Positions 17,888 through 27,754 of a stretch of DNA of 64,000 nucleotides are shown piece by piece. The position numbers were made by a program, and so were the translations under genes. Numbering within the stretch: position 1 is the stretch's first letter; every line of letters starts with the position of its first letter. Origin of the DNA: a bacterium (GTDB lineage Bacteria > Bacteroidota > Bacteroidia > Bacteroidales > UBA1402). The notes under the pieces were generated by a model. That model did not search any database. It was not told where the DNA came from and saw nothing but the letters and a program-made list of their open reading frames with translations. The DNA lies in contig CAVEPA010000007.1 of the NCBI GenBank assembly GCA_963617485.1, positions 30,628 to 94,627 on the forward strand, in the 5' to 3' direction.

Positions 17888-18664
17888 ATGAAAAGAATAA
17901 TCAGCTTGCTCTGTGGCCTTGCCCTTTGTGTATCGGCCCTGGGTGCCAAAGACGTGGACGACCCCAACCATCTGCAACTGCATGCCAAAGTGAACGAGGC
18001 CTTTTACAAGGCTTTTGTCTATCCCGAAATAAAAGACCCCAACAGCACGGAGTCCAAAATCAACAAGGCCCTCGACAAGGTGTTGAATTATCCTTCCAAC
18101 GACAGTTTGCGCTACGAAGGCCGGATAGTGTTGCGTTTCAGTGTGTATCAGCTGGGCCGCATCTCGCACGTGAGTGTGGTCAAAGGCCTTTGTCCCGAAA
18201 TAGACAAGGCAGCTGTCAAGGCCTTGAACAGCCAGCGCAGCAAAATGCGCTTCTCGAGCCAATACCGCAATAAGGTGTATATCCAGGCGTTCTATATTTC
18301 CAAGGACGGCTGCAACCAAACCGTTCTTACCGCCGATGAGCCAGTGTATGCCTTGCCCGATACGCCTTCGGTTCCCGCCGGTGGTGAAGCGGCTCTGATG
18401 CAGTTTCTGGCCGAAGAGTTGCAGTATCCTCACGATGCACTCCGTGAACAGTTGCAGGGCAGGGTGTTGGTGCAGTTCACCCTCGATAAGCAGGGCGATG
18501 TGGCTTTTGGCTATATCGAAGCCAGTGACGATGCCGGCACGCTCGATTTTGAAGCTGCCCGTCTGGTGGCCAATATTCCTCAAATGACACCGGCCCGTCA
18601 TCAAGGAGATGCTGTGCGTTGCGCCTGGCTGGTGCCGGTGGTGTTCCGCCTTACCAGCAAGTAA
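17888..18664 (+). CDS. secreted protein with TonB C-terminal-like (energy-transducer fold) domain(s)
   Basis: I place the start at ATG 17888 (MKRIISLLCGLALCVSALGA signal peptide). The C-terminal half (PSVPAGGEAALMQFLAEELQYPHDALREQLQGRVLVQFTLDKQGDV) resembles the TonB_C fold, and the N-terminal half has a weaker similar pattern. There is no Pro-rich spacer or N-terminal TM anchor of a true TonB. Confidence 0.6.
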   Translation: MKRIISLLCGLALCVSALGAKDVDDPNHLQLHAKVNEAFYKAFVYPEIKDPNSTESKINKALDKVLNYPSNDSLRYEGRIVLRFSVYQLGRISHVSVVKGLCPEIDKAAVKALNSQRSKMRFSSQYRNKVYIQAFYISKDGCNQTVLTADEPVYALPDTPSVPAGGEAALMQFLAEELQYPHDALREQLQGRVLVQFTLDKQGDVAFGYIEASDDAGTLDFEAARLVANIPQMTPARHQGDAVRCAWLVPVVFRLTSK

Positions 18665-18759
18665 GATAGTTTCCTGCCGGTTCATAACTTGTATCGGTGG
18701 TTGTTGCGCGCTAGGGCAGTCGGTGCTAAATTTGCCCGACACATTTTAATACCTTAAAA

Positions 18760-19320
18760 ATGGAAAACACCTTGTTTGTGCTTTCTGCCTTGAACGTGGA
18801 ATGCCAACAAACCTCCGAACACCGTCTGAGTATGGGTTCGAGTTTGTATTTCTCGAATATCGAGCGGGCAGAATCGGCCATGAAAAACTATCGTCAAAGC
18901 TATGCCAGCTTTTACGACGATGCGGCATTCGAAACCCAATTGTTTTGTCTGATTTTAGACGAGTACGAACTGGATCATCTGCATCCCCGGAAAATCTCGA
19001 GTAGGGTGTTCCGGCCCGATTTGGAGGAAGGACAGCGTATGGCCCTATGCGAACCAGATCCGGCGCGCGATTGCAGGCCCGGCGATGTGGTGGAAGTTGC
19101 GCTGGGCGATTGCCTGTACACCTCTATCGTGAGTGCTTGTCCCTCTTCAACTTCCTTGCAGGATTGCTACGAGGTGCTGGTGTATCCCGAAATGGAAAAG
19201 GAATATGTGGCCTCGCCCTGGCTGTTCAAGCCCTTGTTCCCGGTGCGCGCAGAGGTGCTTGCCGCTTTGCGGCAAGCACTGGCCCTAACCAAGGCCCAGT
19301 GTGAGTGCGAGTGCGAGTGA
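18760..19320 (+). CDS. hypothetical acidic, Cys-containing protein (186 aa), no recognisable family
   Basis: Clean ORF followed by a strong hairpin terminator. It ends in ...KAQCECECE, encoded by the hexanucleotide iteration tgtgag-tgcgag-tgcgag. I recognise no motifs. Confidence 0.5.
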   Translation: MENTLFVLSALNVECQQTSEHRLSMGSSLYFSNIERAESAMKNYRQSYASFYDDAAFETQLFCLILDEYELDHLHPRKISSRVFRPDLEEGQRMALCEPDPARDCRPGDVVEVALGDCLYTSIVSACPSSTSLQDCYEVLVYPEMEKEYVASPWLFKPLFPVRAEVLAALRQALALTKAQCECECE

Positions 19321-19345
19321 TGTCAACGCCAAGCGTCAAAGAAAA

Positions 19346-19374
19346 AGCCGCGTCAGTTCTCTGACGCGGCTTTT
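19346..19374. terminator. bidirectional hairpin terminator between the hypothetical gene (+) and tRNA-Pro (-)
   Basis: 11-bp stem agccgcgtcag / ctgacgcggct with loop ttct, flanked by AAAAA upstream and TTT downstream. Confidence 0.7.
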
Positions 19375-19379
19375 GGTTG

Positions 19380-19453
19380 TCGGGGTACCCCGACTCGAAC
19401 GGGGGACCTCCTGGTCCCAAACCAGGTGCGCTAGCCAACTGTGCTACACCCCG
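19380..19453 (-). tRNA. tRNA-Pro (anticodon TGG)
   Basis: The reverse complement folds as a cloverleaf. Acceptor stem is CGGGGTG/TACCCCG, anticodon stem CCTGG/CCAGG with loop TTTGGGA, and T arm CCCCG-TTCGAGT-CGGGG. CCA is not encoded. Confidence 0.9.
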
Positions 19454-19513
19454 CTTGACAACGGCGGCAAAAGTAGTACAAATTGCCCAAATGCACAACC
19501 TTGGGCTTGAAAA

Positions 19514-20920
19514 TTATTCAAAGTAGCTGCTGCCGTCGAAGCAGTGGGTACAGAGGTCTTCCTTGGGCAGTCCGATAGCTTTCACCAGATTGTCCAGCGA
19601 ACTGAACTTGAGCGAACTGATATTGAACTGTTTGCGGATAGACTCAACCAGATTCTTGTATTGCTCGCTGTTCTCGTCGGCATAGAGGTCAAGATTCTTG
19701 TCGTGCGCCCCTTCCATTTCCTGAATCTTGCGGCGGGCAATCAGTTCCAAATCGCTCTTCGATGCCGAAAACTTAAGGAACGGGCAAGAATACAAAATGG
19801 GCGGGCAGCCGATACGCATATGCACTTCCTTGGCACCGTATTGGAACAGCACAGCCACATTGTCTCTAAGCTGGGTGCCGCGCACAATGGAGTCGTCGGT
19901 GAAAAGTACGCGTTTGCCGGCAAGCAGCGAACGGTTGGCCATCAGTTTCATCTTGGCCACCAGAAAACGCCGCGATTGGTCGCTGGGAGTGAAGCTGCGG
20001 GGCCAGGTAGGCGTGTACTTGATAACGGCACGGCGGTAGGGGATATGACGGGCCTCAGAATAGCCCAAGCCCACACCGATACCCGAGTCGGGAATACCGG
20101 CAATGGTATCCACTTCCACATTGTCGCCTTCGGCTATGCCCATACCGCAACGGTAGCGGGCCGAGTCCACGTTGATACCTTCGTAGTCGGAAACCGGATA
20201 ACCGAAATAAACCCACATGAACGAGCAAATCTGCTTGCGCTTGTTGGGTTCGCGTATCTGTTCAAAACCATCGGCCGAGAGCTTGACAATCTCGCCCGGG
20301 CCTACATGGTATTCCAAAGCGAAATCGAGGTTCTGGAAGGCGCAAGGATCGCTCGAAACAGCCATGGCACCGTCTTTGCGGGCCAGCGAAACGGGCGTGC
20401 GGCCGAACTTGTCGCGGGCTACGATAATGCCGTCTTCGGTGAGCAGCAACATCGAGCAGGAGCCCTTCACTTTGTTGTACACATTCTCGATACCTTCCTT
20501 GAAGGTCTTGCCTTCGGTGATAAGCATGGCTACCAGCTCGGTGGGATTGGTGCTGCCTTGGCTCAATTCGGCAAAGTGGTTGCCTTTGGCGAGCAGTTCC
20601 TTTTCCAAATCGTCGATGTTGTTGATGCAGGCCACCGTTACCAGCGCGAATTTGCCCAAGAAAGAGTTGATGACAATCGGCTGGGAGTCGGTATCGCTAA
20701 TGACACCGATACCCGAGTTGCCGCCAAAATCCTTCAGATCTTCTTCGAATTTCGAGCGGAAGTACGAATTTTCCAAACTGTGGATAGAACGTTTGAACCG
20801 TCCGTTGTCGAAGGTGGCCATACCGCCACGTTTGGTTCCCAGATGGGAATTGTAGTCTGTGCCGTAGAACAAGTCGTTGACACAGGATGTTTTAGAAATC
20901 GTTCCAAAAAAACCACCCAT
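19514..20920 (-). CDS. PurF-like (amidophosphoribosyltransferase family) protein lacking the N-terminal catalytic Cys
   Basis: 468 aa. The C-terminal PRTase signature is VLFTDDSIVRGTQL and the N-terminal half is Ntn-amidotransferase-like. The N-terminus reads MGGFFG, not the canonical MCGI(V/F)G. It lies 34 nt downstream of carB on the same strand. Confidence 0.75.
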   Translation of the reverse strand: MGGFFGTISKTSCVNDLFYGTDYNSHLGTKRGGMATFDNGRFKRSIHSLENSYFRSKFEEDLKDFGGNSGIGVISDTDSQPIVINSFLGKFALVTVACINNIDDLEKELLAKGNHFAELSQGSTNPTELVAMLITEGKTFKEGIENVYNKVKGSCSMLLLTEDGIIVARDKFGRTPVSLARKDGAMAVSSDPCAFQNLDFALEYHVGPGEIVKLSADGFEQIREPNKRKQICSFMWVYFGYPVSDYEGINVDSARYRCGMGIAEGDNVEVDTIAGIPDSGIGVGLGYSEARHIPYRRAVIKYTPTWPRSFTPSDQSRRFLVAKMKLMANRSLLAGKRVLFTDDSIVRGTQLRDNVAVLFQYGAKEVHMRIGCPPILYSCPFLKFSASKSDLELIARRKIQEMEGAHDKNLDLYADENSEQYKNLVESIRKQFNISSLKFSSLDNLVKAIGLPKEDLCTHCFDGSSYFE

Positions 20921-20954
20921 AAGACTAAAGTATTAAGTAATAAATCAGCGGATG

Positions 20955-23900
20955 CTAAACATATTCCTGCCAGCTCTTAATCTGGATGTCGCTCTCTTGC
21001 ATTGAGCAGAAGGCTTGGATGAAGGCAGCGGCCAGACGGGCGTTGGTGATAAGCGGAATGTTGTGGTCGATAGAGGCGCGACGGATGCGGTAACCGTTGG
21101 TCAGCTCGCGCTTGGTCAGATCCTTGGGAATATTGATGACAAGGTCGAAATCGTGATGGGCAATCTTGTTGAGTACCTGCTCGGTTTCGTGTTCGTGGCT
21201 TTCATCGGGCCAGAGTACCATTTGAGCGTCAATGCCGTGGTCTTGGAGGAACTTCTGCGTACCGGCGGTGGCGCAAATCTTGTAGCCGTGGTCGCTAAGC
21301 AGCTTGCAGGCATCGAGCAAATCCACCTTCGATTTGCTGGTACCAGAAGAAACCATCACACCCTTTTCCTTGGAAGGAATCTTGAAACCGGTAGCCAGCA
21401 TGGCGTTGATAAGCGCTTCGTTGAAATCGTCGCCGATGCAACCGACTTCGCCCGTCGAGGACATATCCACACCCAGCACGGGGTCGGCCTTGTGCAGACG
21501 CGAGAACGAGAACTGCGAAGCCTTCACGCCAATCCAATCGATGTCGAAAGCGTTCTTGTCGGGCTTGGCGTAGGGAGCTTCCAGCATAATGCGGGTGGCC
21601 GTTTCGATAAAGTTGCGCTTGAGCACCTTGCTGACGAAGGGGAAGCTGCGCGAAGCACGCAGGTTGCATTCGATAACCTTCACCTCGTTGTTCTTGGCCA
21701 GATACTGGATATTGAACGGGCCGCTGATGTTCAGTTCCTTGGCAATCTTGCGGCTGATTTTCTTGATGCGGCGAGCCGTCTCGAAGTAAATCTTCTGAGC
21801 GGGGAAGCACATGGTGGCATCGCCCGAGTGGACACCGGCAAATTCGATGTGTTCGGAAATGGCGTATTCGATAATCTCACCCTTGTCGGCCACGGCATCG
21901 AATTCGATTTCCTTGGCGTTTTGCAGGAACTTGGAAACCACCACAGGATAATCCTTGGAAACCTCTTTGGCCATCTGCAGGAAGTTCTCCAGCGCATCGT
22001 TGTCGTAGCAGACATTCATGGCTGCGCCCGAAAGCACGTACGAAGGACGCACCAGTACGGGGTAACCCACCTTGTCGATGAATGATTTGATGTCGTCCAG
22101 GCTGGTCAGCTCTTTCCAAGCCGGCTGGTCGATATCCAGCTGGTCGAGCATGGCCGAGAACTTGTTGCGGTTTTCGGCGCGGTCGATGCTGACGGGCGAA
22201 GTACCCAGAATGGGCACATTCTGACGATGCAGCTTCATAGCCAAGTTGTTGGGAATCTGGCCGCCCACCGAAACAATCACGCCCTTGGGCTGTTCCAAAT
22301 CGATGATATCCAGCACACGTTCAAAGCTCAACTCGTCGAAGTACAGACGGTCGCACATATCGTAGTCGGTGGATACCGTTTCGGGGTTATAGTTGATCAT
22401 GATGGCCTTGTAGCCCAGCTTGCGGGCCGTCTGGATGGCGTTCACCGAGCACCAGTCGAACTCGACGCTGCTGCCGATGCGGTAAGCGCCCGAACCCAGC
22501 ACAATCACCGATTTGTCGTTCTTGTAGTAGGGGATATCGTGGTCGCTGCCATCGTAGGTCATATACAGATAGTTGGTCAATTCGGGATGTTCCGAAGCCA
22601 CCGTTTCAATGCGCTTGACGCTGGGCAGAATGCCTTGTTTCTTGCGCAGGTTGCGTACACGCAGCAGGTCTTTTTCGAGGTTGCCTTGAGCGTTTTCCGA
22701 ATAGCGGGCAATCTGGAAATCGGAGAAGCCCAGACGCTTGGCCTCCAGCATAACGTCTGCCGGAATGTCTTCGATGCGTTTGTATTGGCCCAGCACCTTG
22801 GTGTAGTCGCAGATGTTCTTCATCTTGCCGATGAACCAAGGGTCGATTTTGGTCAGCTCGTAGATGCGCTCAATGCTGTAGCCTCTTTCCAAAGCTTCGG
22901 CTATGGCAAAGATACGCAGGTCGGAGGGGTGCGAGAGCTCGTGGTCGAGGTCGTCGAAGTGCAGGTGATTGTTGCCCACGAAACCGTGCATACCTTGGCC
23001 TATCATACGCAGACCCTTTTGCAGGATTTCTTCGAACGATTTGCCGATAGACATGATTTCACCTACCGATTTCATCGAAGAACCGATTTCGCGCGAAACA
23101 CCCACGAACTTGGTCAAGTCCCAACGGGGAATCTTGCAAATCATATAGTCGAGCTGAGGAGCGACATAAGCCGAGTTGGGCGTGCCCATTTCGCCGATTT
23201 GGTCGAGGCTGTAGCCCAATGCCAGCTTGGCGGCCACGAAAGCCAAAGGATAACCGGTAGCTTTGGAAGCCAGGGCCGACGAACGGCTCAGACGGGCGTT
23301 CACCTCAATAATGCGGTAGTCGTTGGTTTCAGCGTTGAAGGCAAACTGTATGTTGCACTCACCCACAATGCCCAAGTGGCGGACGCAAGTCTTCGACAGG
23401 TTCACCAGCATATCAATCTGCTGCTGGTTCAGCGAGCAGGTAGGAGCCACCACGATAGATTCGCCCGTGTGGATACCCAGCGGGTCGACATTTTCCATAT
23501 TGGCCACCGTAAAGCAGTGGTCGTTCTTGTCGCGGATAACTTCGAATTCAATTTCCTTCCAGCCCTTGAGCGATTCTTCCACCAAAATTTGTTTGGAGAA
23601 GGAGAAGGACTGTTCGGCCAAGTCCTTGAATTCATCAGGATTGGTGCAGATACCGCTGCCCAAACCACCCAAAGCGTAGGCCGAACGTATCATCACAGGA
23701 AAACCGATGGTCTGGGCGGCCTTCTGGGCGTCTTCCATCGATTCTACCGCTTGGCTCACCGGCGATTTAAGGCCGATTTCGTTCAGCTTTTTTACAAAAA
23801 GGTCGCGGTCTTCGGTGTACATGATAGCTTCCACCGAAGTGCCCAAAACCTTAACGCCATACTTGTCAAGAATACCCTGAGTGTAAAGCTCAGTACCGCA

Positions 23901-24185
23901 GTTCAAGGCCGTTTGGCCACCGAATGCCAATAGGATACCATCGGGACGTTCCTTCTCGATGATTTTCTCCACGAAGCAGGTGTTGACGGGTAAAAAATAG
24001 ACGGTATCAGCAATACCGTCGGACGTCTGGATAGTGGCAATGTTCGGATTGACCAATACCGATTTGATACCTTCTTCGCGTAGAGCTTTCAACGCTTGCG
24101 AGCCCGAGTAGTCGAATTCGCCCGCCTGACCAATTTTCAAGGCGCCTGAACCGAGAACAAGGACTTTTTTAATTTCTTGATTCAT
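20955..24185 (-). CDS. carB: carbamoyl-phosphate synthase large subunit
   Basis: 1076 aa with two ATP-grasp halves, an oligomerisation domain and an MGS-like C-terminal domain. The N-terminus is KKVLVLGSGALKIGQAGEFDYSGSQA. Confidence 0.95.
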   Translation of the reverse strand: MNQEIKKVLVLGSGALKIGQAGEFDYSGSQALKALREEGIKSVLVNPNIATIQTSDGIADTVYFLPVNTCFVEKIIEKERPDGILLAFGGQTALNCGTELYTQGILDKYGVKVLGTSVEAIMYTEDRDLFVKKLNEIGLKSPVSQAVESMEDAQKAAQTIGFPVMIRSAYALGGLGSGICTNPDEFKDLAEQSFSFSKQILVEESLKGWKEIEFEVIRDKNDHCFTVANMENVDPLGIHTGESIVVAPTCSLNQQQIDMLVNLSKTCVRHLGIVGECNIQFAFNAETNDYRIIEVNARLSRSSALASKATGYPLAFVAAKLALGYSLDQIGEMGTPNSAYVAPQLDYMICKIPRWDLTKFVGVSREIGSSMKSVGEIMSIGKSFEEILQKGLRMIGQGMHGFVGNNHLHFDDLDHELSHPSDLRIFAIAEALERGYSIERIYELTKIDPWFIGKMKNICDYTKVLGQYKRIEDIPADVMLEAKRLGFSDFQIARYSENAQGNLEKDLLRVRNLRKKQGILPSVKRIETVASEHPELTNYLYMTYDGSDHDIPYYKNDKSVIVLGSGAYRIGSSVEFDWCSVNAIQTARKLGYKAIMINYNPETVSTDYDMCDRLYFDELSFERVLDIIDLEQPKGVIVSVGGQIPNNLAMKLHRQNVPILGTSPVSIDRAENRNKFSAMLDQLDIDQPAWKELTSLDDIKSFIDKVGYPVLVRPSYVLSGAAMNVCYDNDALENFLQMAKEVSKDYPVVVSKFLQNAKEIEFDAVADKGEIIEYAISEHIEFAGVHSGDATMCFPAQKIYFETARRIKKISRKIAKELNISGPFNIQYLAKNNEVKVIECNLRASRSFPFVSKVLKRNFIETATRIMLEAPYAKPDKNAFDIDWIGVKASQFSFSRLHKADPVLGVDMSSTGEVGCIGDDFNEALINAMLATGFKIPSKEKGVMVSSGTSKSKVDLLDACKLLSDHGYKICATAGTQKFLQDHGIDAQMVLWPDESHEHETEQVLNKIAHHDFDLVINIPKDLTKRELTNGYRIRRASIDHNIPLITNARLAAAFIQAFCSMQESDIQIKSWQEYV

Positions 24186-24313
24186 AATGAATTAATTAGA
24201 TTTGGTCGTGTTCAATATTCGCGTGCAAAGAAAGCGATTTCTCACGATTTAGGAAAGTGCTTAAGGCTATTTTTTAGTGAATAAATGCTATTTTTCCATG
24301 TCGTGAAACTTGA

Positions 24314-24345
24314 TTTGTTTTATGCGCATATTTGCCGTACTTTTG
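24314..24345 (+). promoter_or_regulatory. putative promoter of aspS
   Basis: TTTG 24314-24317 and tacttttg 24338-24345 are separated by 20 nt, about 45 nt upstream of the aspS ATG. This rests on motif matching only. Confidence 0.4.
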
Positions 24346-24390
24346 CAGTTCCCGTCCGAATAAACGAACAATCTTATAAAAATACAAAAA

Positions 24391-26151
24391 ATGTACAGAA
24401 CACATACTTGTGGAGAGTTGAGACTCAGCCACGTGGGTGCCGAAGTGACCCTGGCCGGTTGGGTGCAGCGTCTGAGAAAAATGGGAGGCATGACCTTCGT
24501 CGATTTGCGCGACCGTTACGGCATTACCCAACTGGTGTTCGACCAGAGCATCGAGCCCGCCTTGGCCGAAAAAGCCAATCATTTGGGCCGTGAATACGTT
24601 ATTCAAGTGCAAGGCAGCGTGCGCGAGCGCGAAAGCAAGAATGCCAAGATTGCCACGGGCGATGTCGAACTGGTGGCCCAAACCTTGACGGTGCTTAACG
24701 AATCGGCCGTTCCGCCTTTCACCATCGAAGACAACAGTGACGGTGGCGACGACCTGCGCATGCAATACCGCTATCTGGACCTGCGCCGCAGTTGTGTGCG
24801 CAAGAACCTGGAGCTGCGTCACAAGCTGGCCTTTGAAACCCGCCGCTACCTCGACGCCCAGCATTTCCTCGAAATAGAAACGCCCTTCCTTATCAAGTCT
24901 ACGCCCGAAGGAGCCCGCGACTTTGTGGTGCCTTCGCGCATGAACCCCGGACAGTTTTACGCTCTGCCACAATCGCCCCAACAATTCAAGCAGCTGTTGA
25001 TGGTGGCCGGCATGGACCGTTACTTCCAGATAGTCAAGTGCTTCCGCGACGAAGACCTGCGTGCCGACCGTCAGCCGGAGTTCACCCAGATAGACTGCGA
25101 GATGTCTTTCGCCCAACAGGAAGACGTTATCGTTATGTTCGAAGGCCTGATGAAGCATCTGTTCAAGGTGCTGAAAAATATTGAGTTCGAAGGCGATTTT
25201 CCCCGCATGACTTGGGAGGATGCTATGAAATATTACGGCAGCGACAAGCCCGATATCCGTTTCGGCATGAAGTTTGTCGAAGTGAAGGACCTCTTGCCCG
25301 AAGGCCATTTTCAGGTTTTCGACCAAGCACCTTATGTGGCCGGTATTTGTGTGCCGGGTTGCGCCGGCTATTCGCGCAAACAGCTCGATGCCCTTACCGA
25401 TTATGTCAAGCGTAGCCAGATTGGTGCCCAGGGCCTGATTTGGATCAAAAAAGACGCTCAGGGTCTGCTCAAGTCGAGCATCGACAAGTTTTACGATTCC
25501 GCAACCATCGCTGCGCTGGCCGAACGCTTCGAGGCTGCCGACGGCGATTTGATGCTGCTCATGTGCGGCCCCATGCGCAAGACCCAGAAACAGCTCTGTG
25601 CCCTGCGTCTGAAAGTGGCCGACGACCTGGGCCTGCGCAATCCTTCGGTTTACGCACCGCTCTGGGTGATAGACTTTCCGCTTTTCGAGTGGGACGAGGA
25701 AACCCAGCGCTATTATGCCACACACCATCCCTTTACCATGCCTAACCCCGAAGACATTCCTTTGCTCGACACCGATCAGGGCAAGGTGCGCTCTTGGGCT
25801 TACGACTGCGTGGTGAATGGAGTAGAACTGGGCGGCGGCTCGGTACGTATCCACGATAGCCAATTGCAGGAGAAGATGTTCGAGCTGCTCGGCTTCACGC
25901 CCGAAAAGGCCATGTCGCAGTTCGGTTGCATTATCAACGCCTTCCGCTACGGTGCTCCGCCACACGCCGGTCTGGCTTTCGGTCTTGACCGCGTAGTGTC
26001 CATGTTTGCCGAGCTCGACAGCATCCGCGACTGCATCGCCTTCCCCAAGAACAATGCCGGCCGCGACGTGATGATAGACGCGCCTTCGGTTATCGACGAT
26101 GCCCAGCTGGAAGAACTCTGCCTAAGCATTAATTTGCCCCAGCCCAAGTAA
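24391..26151 (+). CDS. aspS: aspartate--tRNA ligase (class IIb)
   Basis: 586 aa with an N-terminal OB anticodon-binding domain (THTCGELR...GWVQRLR), class II motifs ([34 protein letters not shown]) and the bacterial insertion domain. Confidence 0.95.
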   Translation: MYRTHTCGELRLSHVGAEVTLAGWVQRLRKMGGMTFVDLRDRYGITQLVFDQSIEPALAEKANHLGREYVIQVQGSVRERESKNAKIATGDVELVAQTLTVLNESAVPPFTIEDNSDGGDDLRMQYRYLDLRRSCVRKNLELRHKLAFETRRYLDAQHFLEIETPFLIKSTPEGARDFVVPSRMNPGQFYALPQSPQQFKQLLMVAGMDRYFQIVKCFRDEDLRADRQPEFTQIDCEMSFAQQEDVIVMFEGLMKHLFKVLKNIEFEGDFPRMTWEDAMKYYGSDKPDIRFGMKFVEVKDLLPEGHFQVFDQAPYVAGICVPGCAGYSRKQLDALTDYVKRSQIGAQGLIWIKKDAQGLLKSSIDKFYDSATIAALAERFEAADGDLMLLMCGPMRKTQKQLCALRLKVADDLGLRNPSVYAPLWVIDFPLFEWDEETQRYYATHHPFTMPNPEDIPLLDTDQGKVRSWAYDCVVNGVELGGGSVRIHDSQLQEKMFELLGFTPEKAMSQFGCIINAFRYGAPPHAGLAFGLDRVVSMFAELDSIRDCIAFPKNNAGRDVMIDAPSVIDDAQLEELCLSINLPQPK

Positions 26152-26175
26152 TAGAACCAGCCCAAGTAATAGCAT

Positions 26176-26952
26176 ATGAAGGTTGCCGACATCTGTCAGA
26201 TTATCGAGAACTTCGCTGCGCTCGACAAGCAGGAAGCTTACGACAACTCCGGCCTGCAGCTGGGCGACCCGCTGATGCAGGTGACGGGCGTGCTTCTATG
26301 CCTCGACCTAAGCGAAGCCGTGCTGGACGAAGCCTTGGCCCAAGGCTGCAATATGATAGTCTCGCACCACCCCTTGCTCTTTCACGGCCTAAAACAGATT
26401 ACCGGCCGCAGCATGGTGGAAAGGGTGGTTATCAAGGCATTGCAGCACAATGTGGCCATTTATGCCGGTCATACCAATGTAGATTCCGTGCGTCAGGGGG
26501 TCAGTGCCAAGATGTGCGAAAAGCTGGGCTTGCAGACGCAGGGCTTCCTAGCCGCCAAAACGGAAGATGTCGGTCTGGGCATGATAGGGGAGTTGCCCTC
26601 GGCCATGTCGGAGCACGATTTCTTGCAGCTGGTGAAAGACGCTTTCCGTTGTCCTTGTCTGCGCCATTCGGCCTTGACGGGCAAAAGCATTAAAAAGGTG
26701 GCGCTTTGCGGCGGCAGCGGTGCAGAGTTCATCCCTTTGGCACTGTCCGTCCATGCCGATGCCTACCTGACAGCCGACCTCAAGTATCACGATTTTACCT
26801 CGGGCGAAGCCGCCTTGCTCTTGATAGATGCCGGGCATTTTGAAACGGAGCAATACACAAAAGAAATATTTTACCGTTTGTTATCGGAAAATAATGCTAC
26901 CTTTGCAGTCCGAATTTCGCAAACTGAACAAAATCCGGTTTGCTACTTTTGA
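26176..26952 (+). CDS. Nif3-like dinuclear metal centre protein (GTP cyclohydrolase 1 type 2 / YbgI family)
   Basis: 258 aa with the motifs AYDNSGLQLGD, MIVSHHPLLF, AIYAGHTNVD and IDAGHFETE. Confidence 0.85.
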   Translation: MKVADICQIIENFAALDKQEAYDNSGLQLGDPLMQVTGVLLCLDLSEAVLDEALAQGCNMIVSHHPLLFHGLKQITGRSMVERVVIKALQHNVAIYAGHTNVDSVRQGVSAKMCEKLGLQTQGFLAAKTEDVGLGMIGELPSAMSEHDFLQLVKDAFRCPCLRHSALTGKSIKKVALCGGSGAEFIPLALSVHADAYLTADLKYHDFTSGEAALLLIDAGHFETEQYTKEIFYRLLSENNATFAVRISQTEQNPVCYF

Positions 26953-26980
26953 TAAGTAATTTATATACAATATTTTAGCT

Positions 26981-27754
26981 ATGGCTACAGAAAATACGAA
27001 AGCAGATCTCAAGGACATTCCTGTAGAAGAAAAACTCAAAGTGCTGTACGAATTGCAGCTGGTGGCTTCCGAACTCGACAAGATTAAGATTCTGAGAGGC
27101 GAGTTGCCTTTGGAAGTGCAAGACTTGGAAGACGAAATAGCCGGTCTTCAGACCCGTATCGAAAACTTCAAGAACGATATGAAAGCTGCCGCCGATCTTA
27201 TCAAGACTCGCAAGGCCGATATCGAGAACGCTCAGGCTTTGATAGCCAAATACAAGGAACAGCAGGACAACGTCCGCAACAACCGCGAATACGACTTCCT
27301 TAGCAAGGAAATTGAATATCAAGGGCTGGAAATTGAGTTGGCCGAGAAGAAAATCAAGGAGGCCCAATACGCCGAAACCCTCAGAACCGAGGAACTTGCC
27401 ACCGCCCAGGCCGATTTGGAAGAACGCAAGCAAGACCTGGAAGTGAAGAAGGCCGAGCTGGACGATATCATCTCCGAGACCCGCGCCCAAGAAGAAGGCT
27501 TGCGCGAAAAGGCCGCCCAACTGGAAGCCAATATCGAAGACCGCTTGCTGACAGCTTTCAAGCGTATTCGTAAGAACGCCCGCAACGGTCTGGCTGTGGT
27601 AACGGTAGAACGTGATGCCTGCGGTGGTTGCTACAACAAGATTCCGCCACAAAGACAGCTCGATATCCGCATGCGCAAGAAAGTTATCGTTTGCGAATAC
27701 TGCGGCCGCATCATGGTAGACTCGGGCTTGGCTTCCAAGGAAGACATCGAGTAG
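26981..27754 (+). CDS. coiled-coil protein with a C-terminal C4 zinc ribbon (DUF164 / zf-RING_7-like), the usual Nif3 partner
   Basis: A long heptad-rich region is followed by CGGC...(18 aa)...CEYC. The Nif3-plus-zinc-ribbon gene pair is widely conserved in bacteria. Confidence 0.75.
   Translation: MATENTKADLKDIPVEEKLKVLYELQLVASELDKIKILRGELPLEVQDLEDEIAGLQTRIENFKNDMKAAADLIKTRKADIENAQALIAKYKEQQDNVRNNREYDFLSKEIEYQGLEIELAEKKIKEAQYAETLRTEELATAQADLEERKQDLEVKKAELDDIISETRAQEEGLREKAAQLEANIEDRLLTAFKRIRKNARNGLAVVTVERDACGGCYNKIPPQRQLDIRMRKKVIVCEYCGRIMVDSGLASKEDIE

Noticed and set aside
24186-24390. Regulatory RNA or leader in the carB-aspS divergent region
   Set aside because: I found only promoter-like TTTG/TAnnTTTG motifs there. 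There is no leader ORF or alternative hairpins comparable to the ilv leader.
19544-25965. Long antisense ORFs opposite the purF-like gene (19544-20980 +), carB (21015-22085 + and 22227-23933 +) and aspS (24274-25965 -)
   Set aside because: Each overlaps a full-length, motif-rich housekeeping gene on the other strand, and their own translations are low-complexity.
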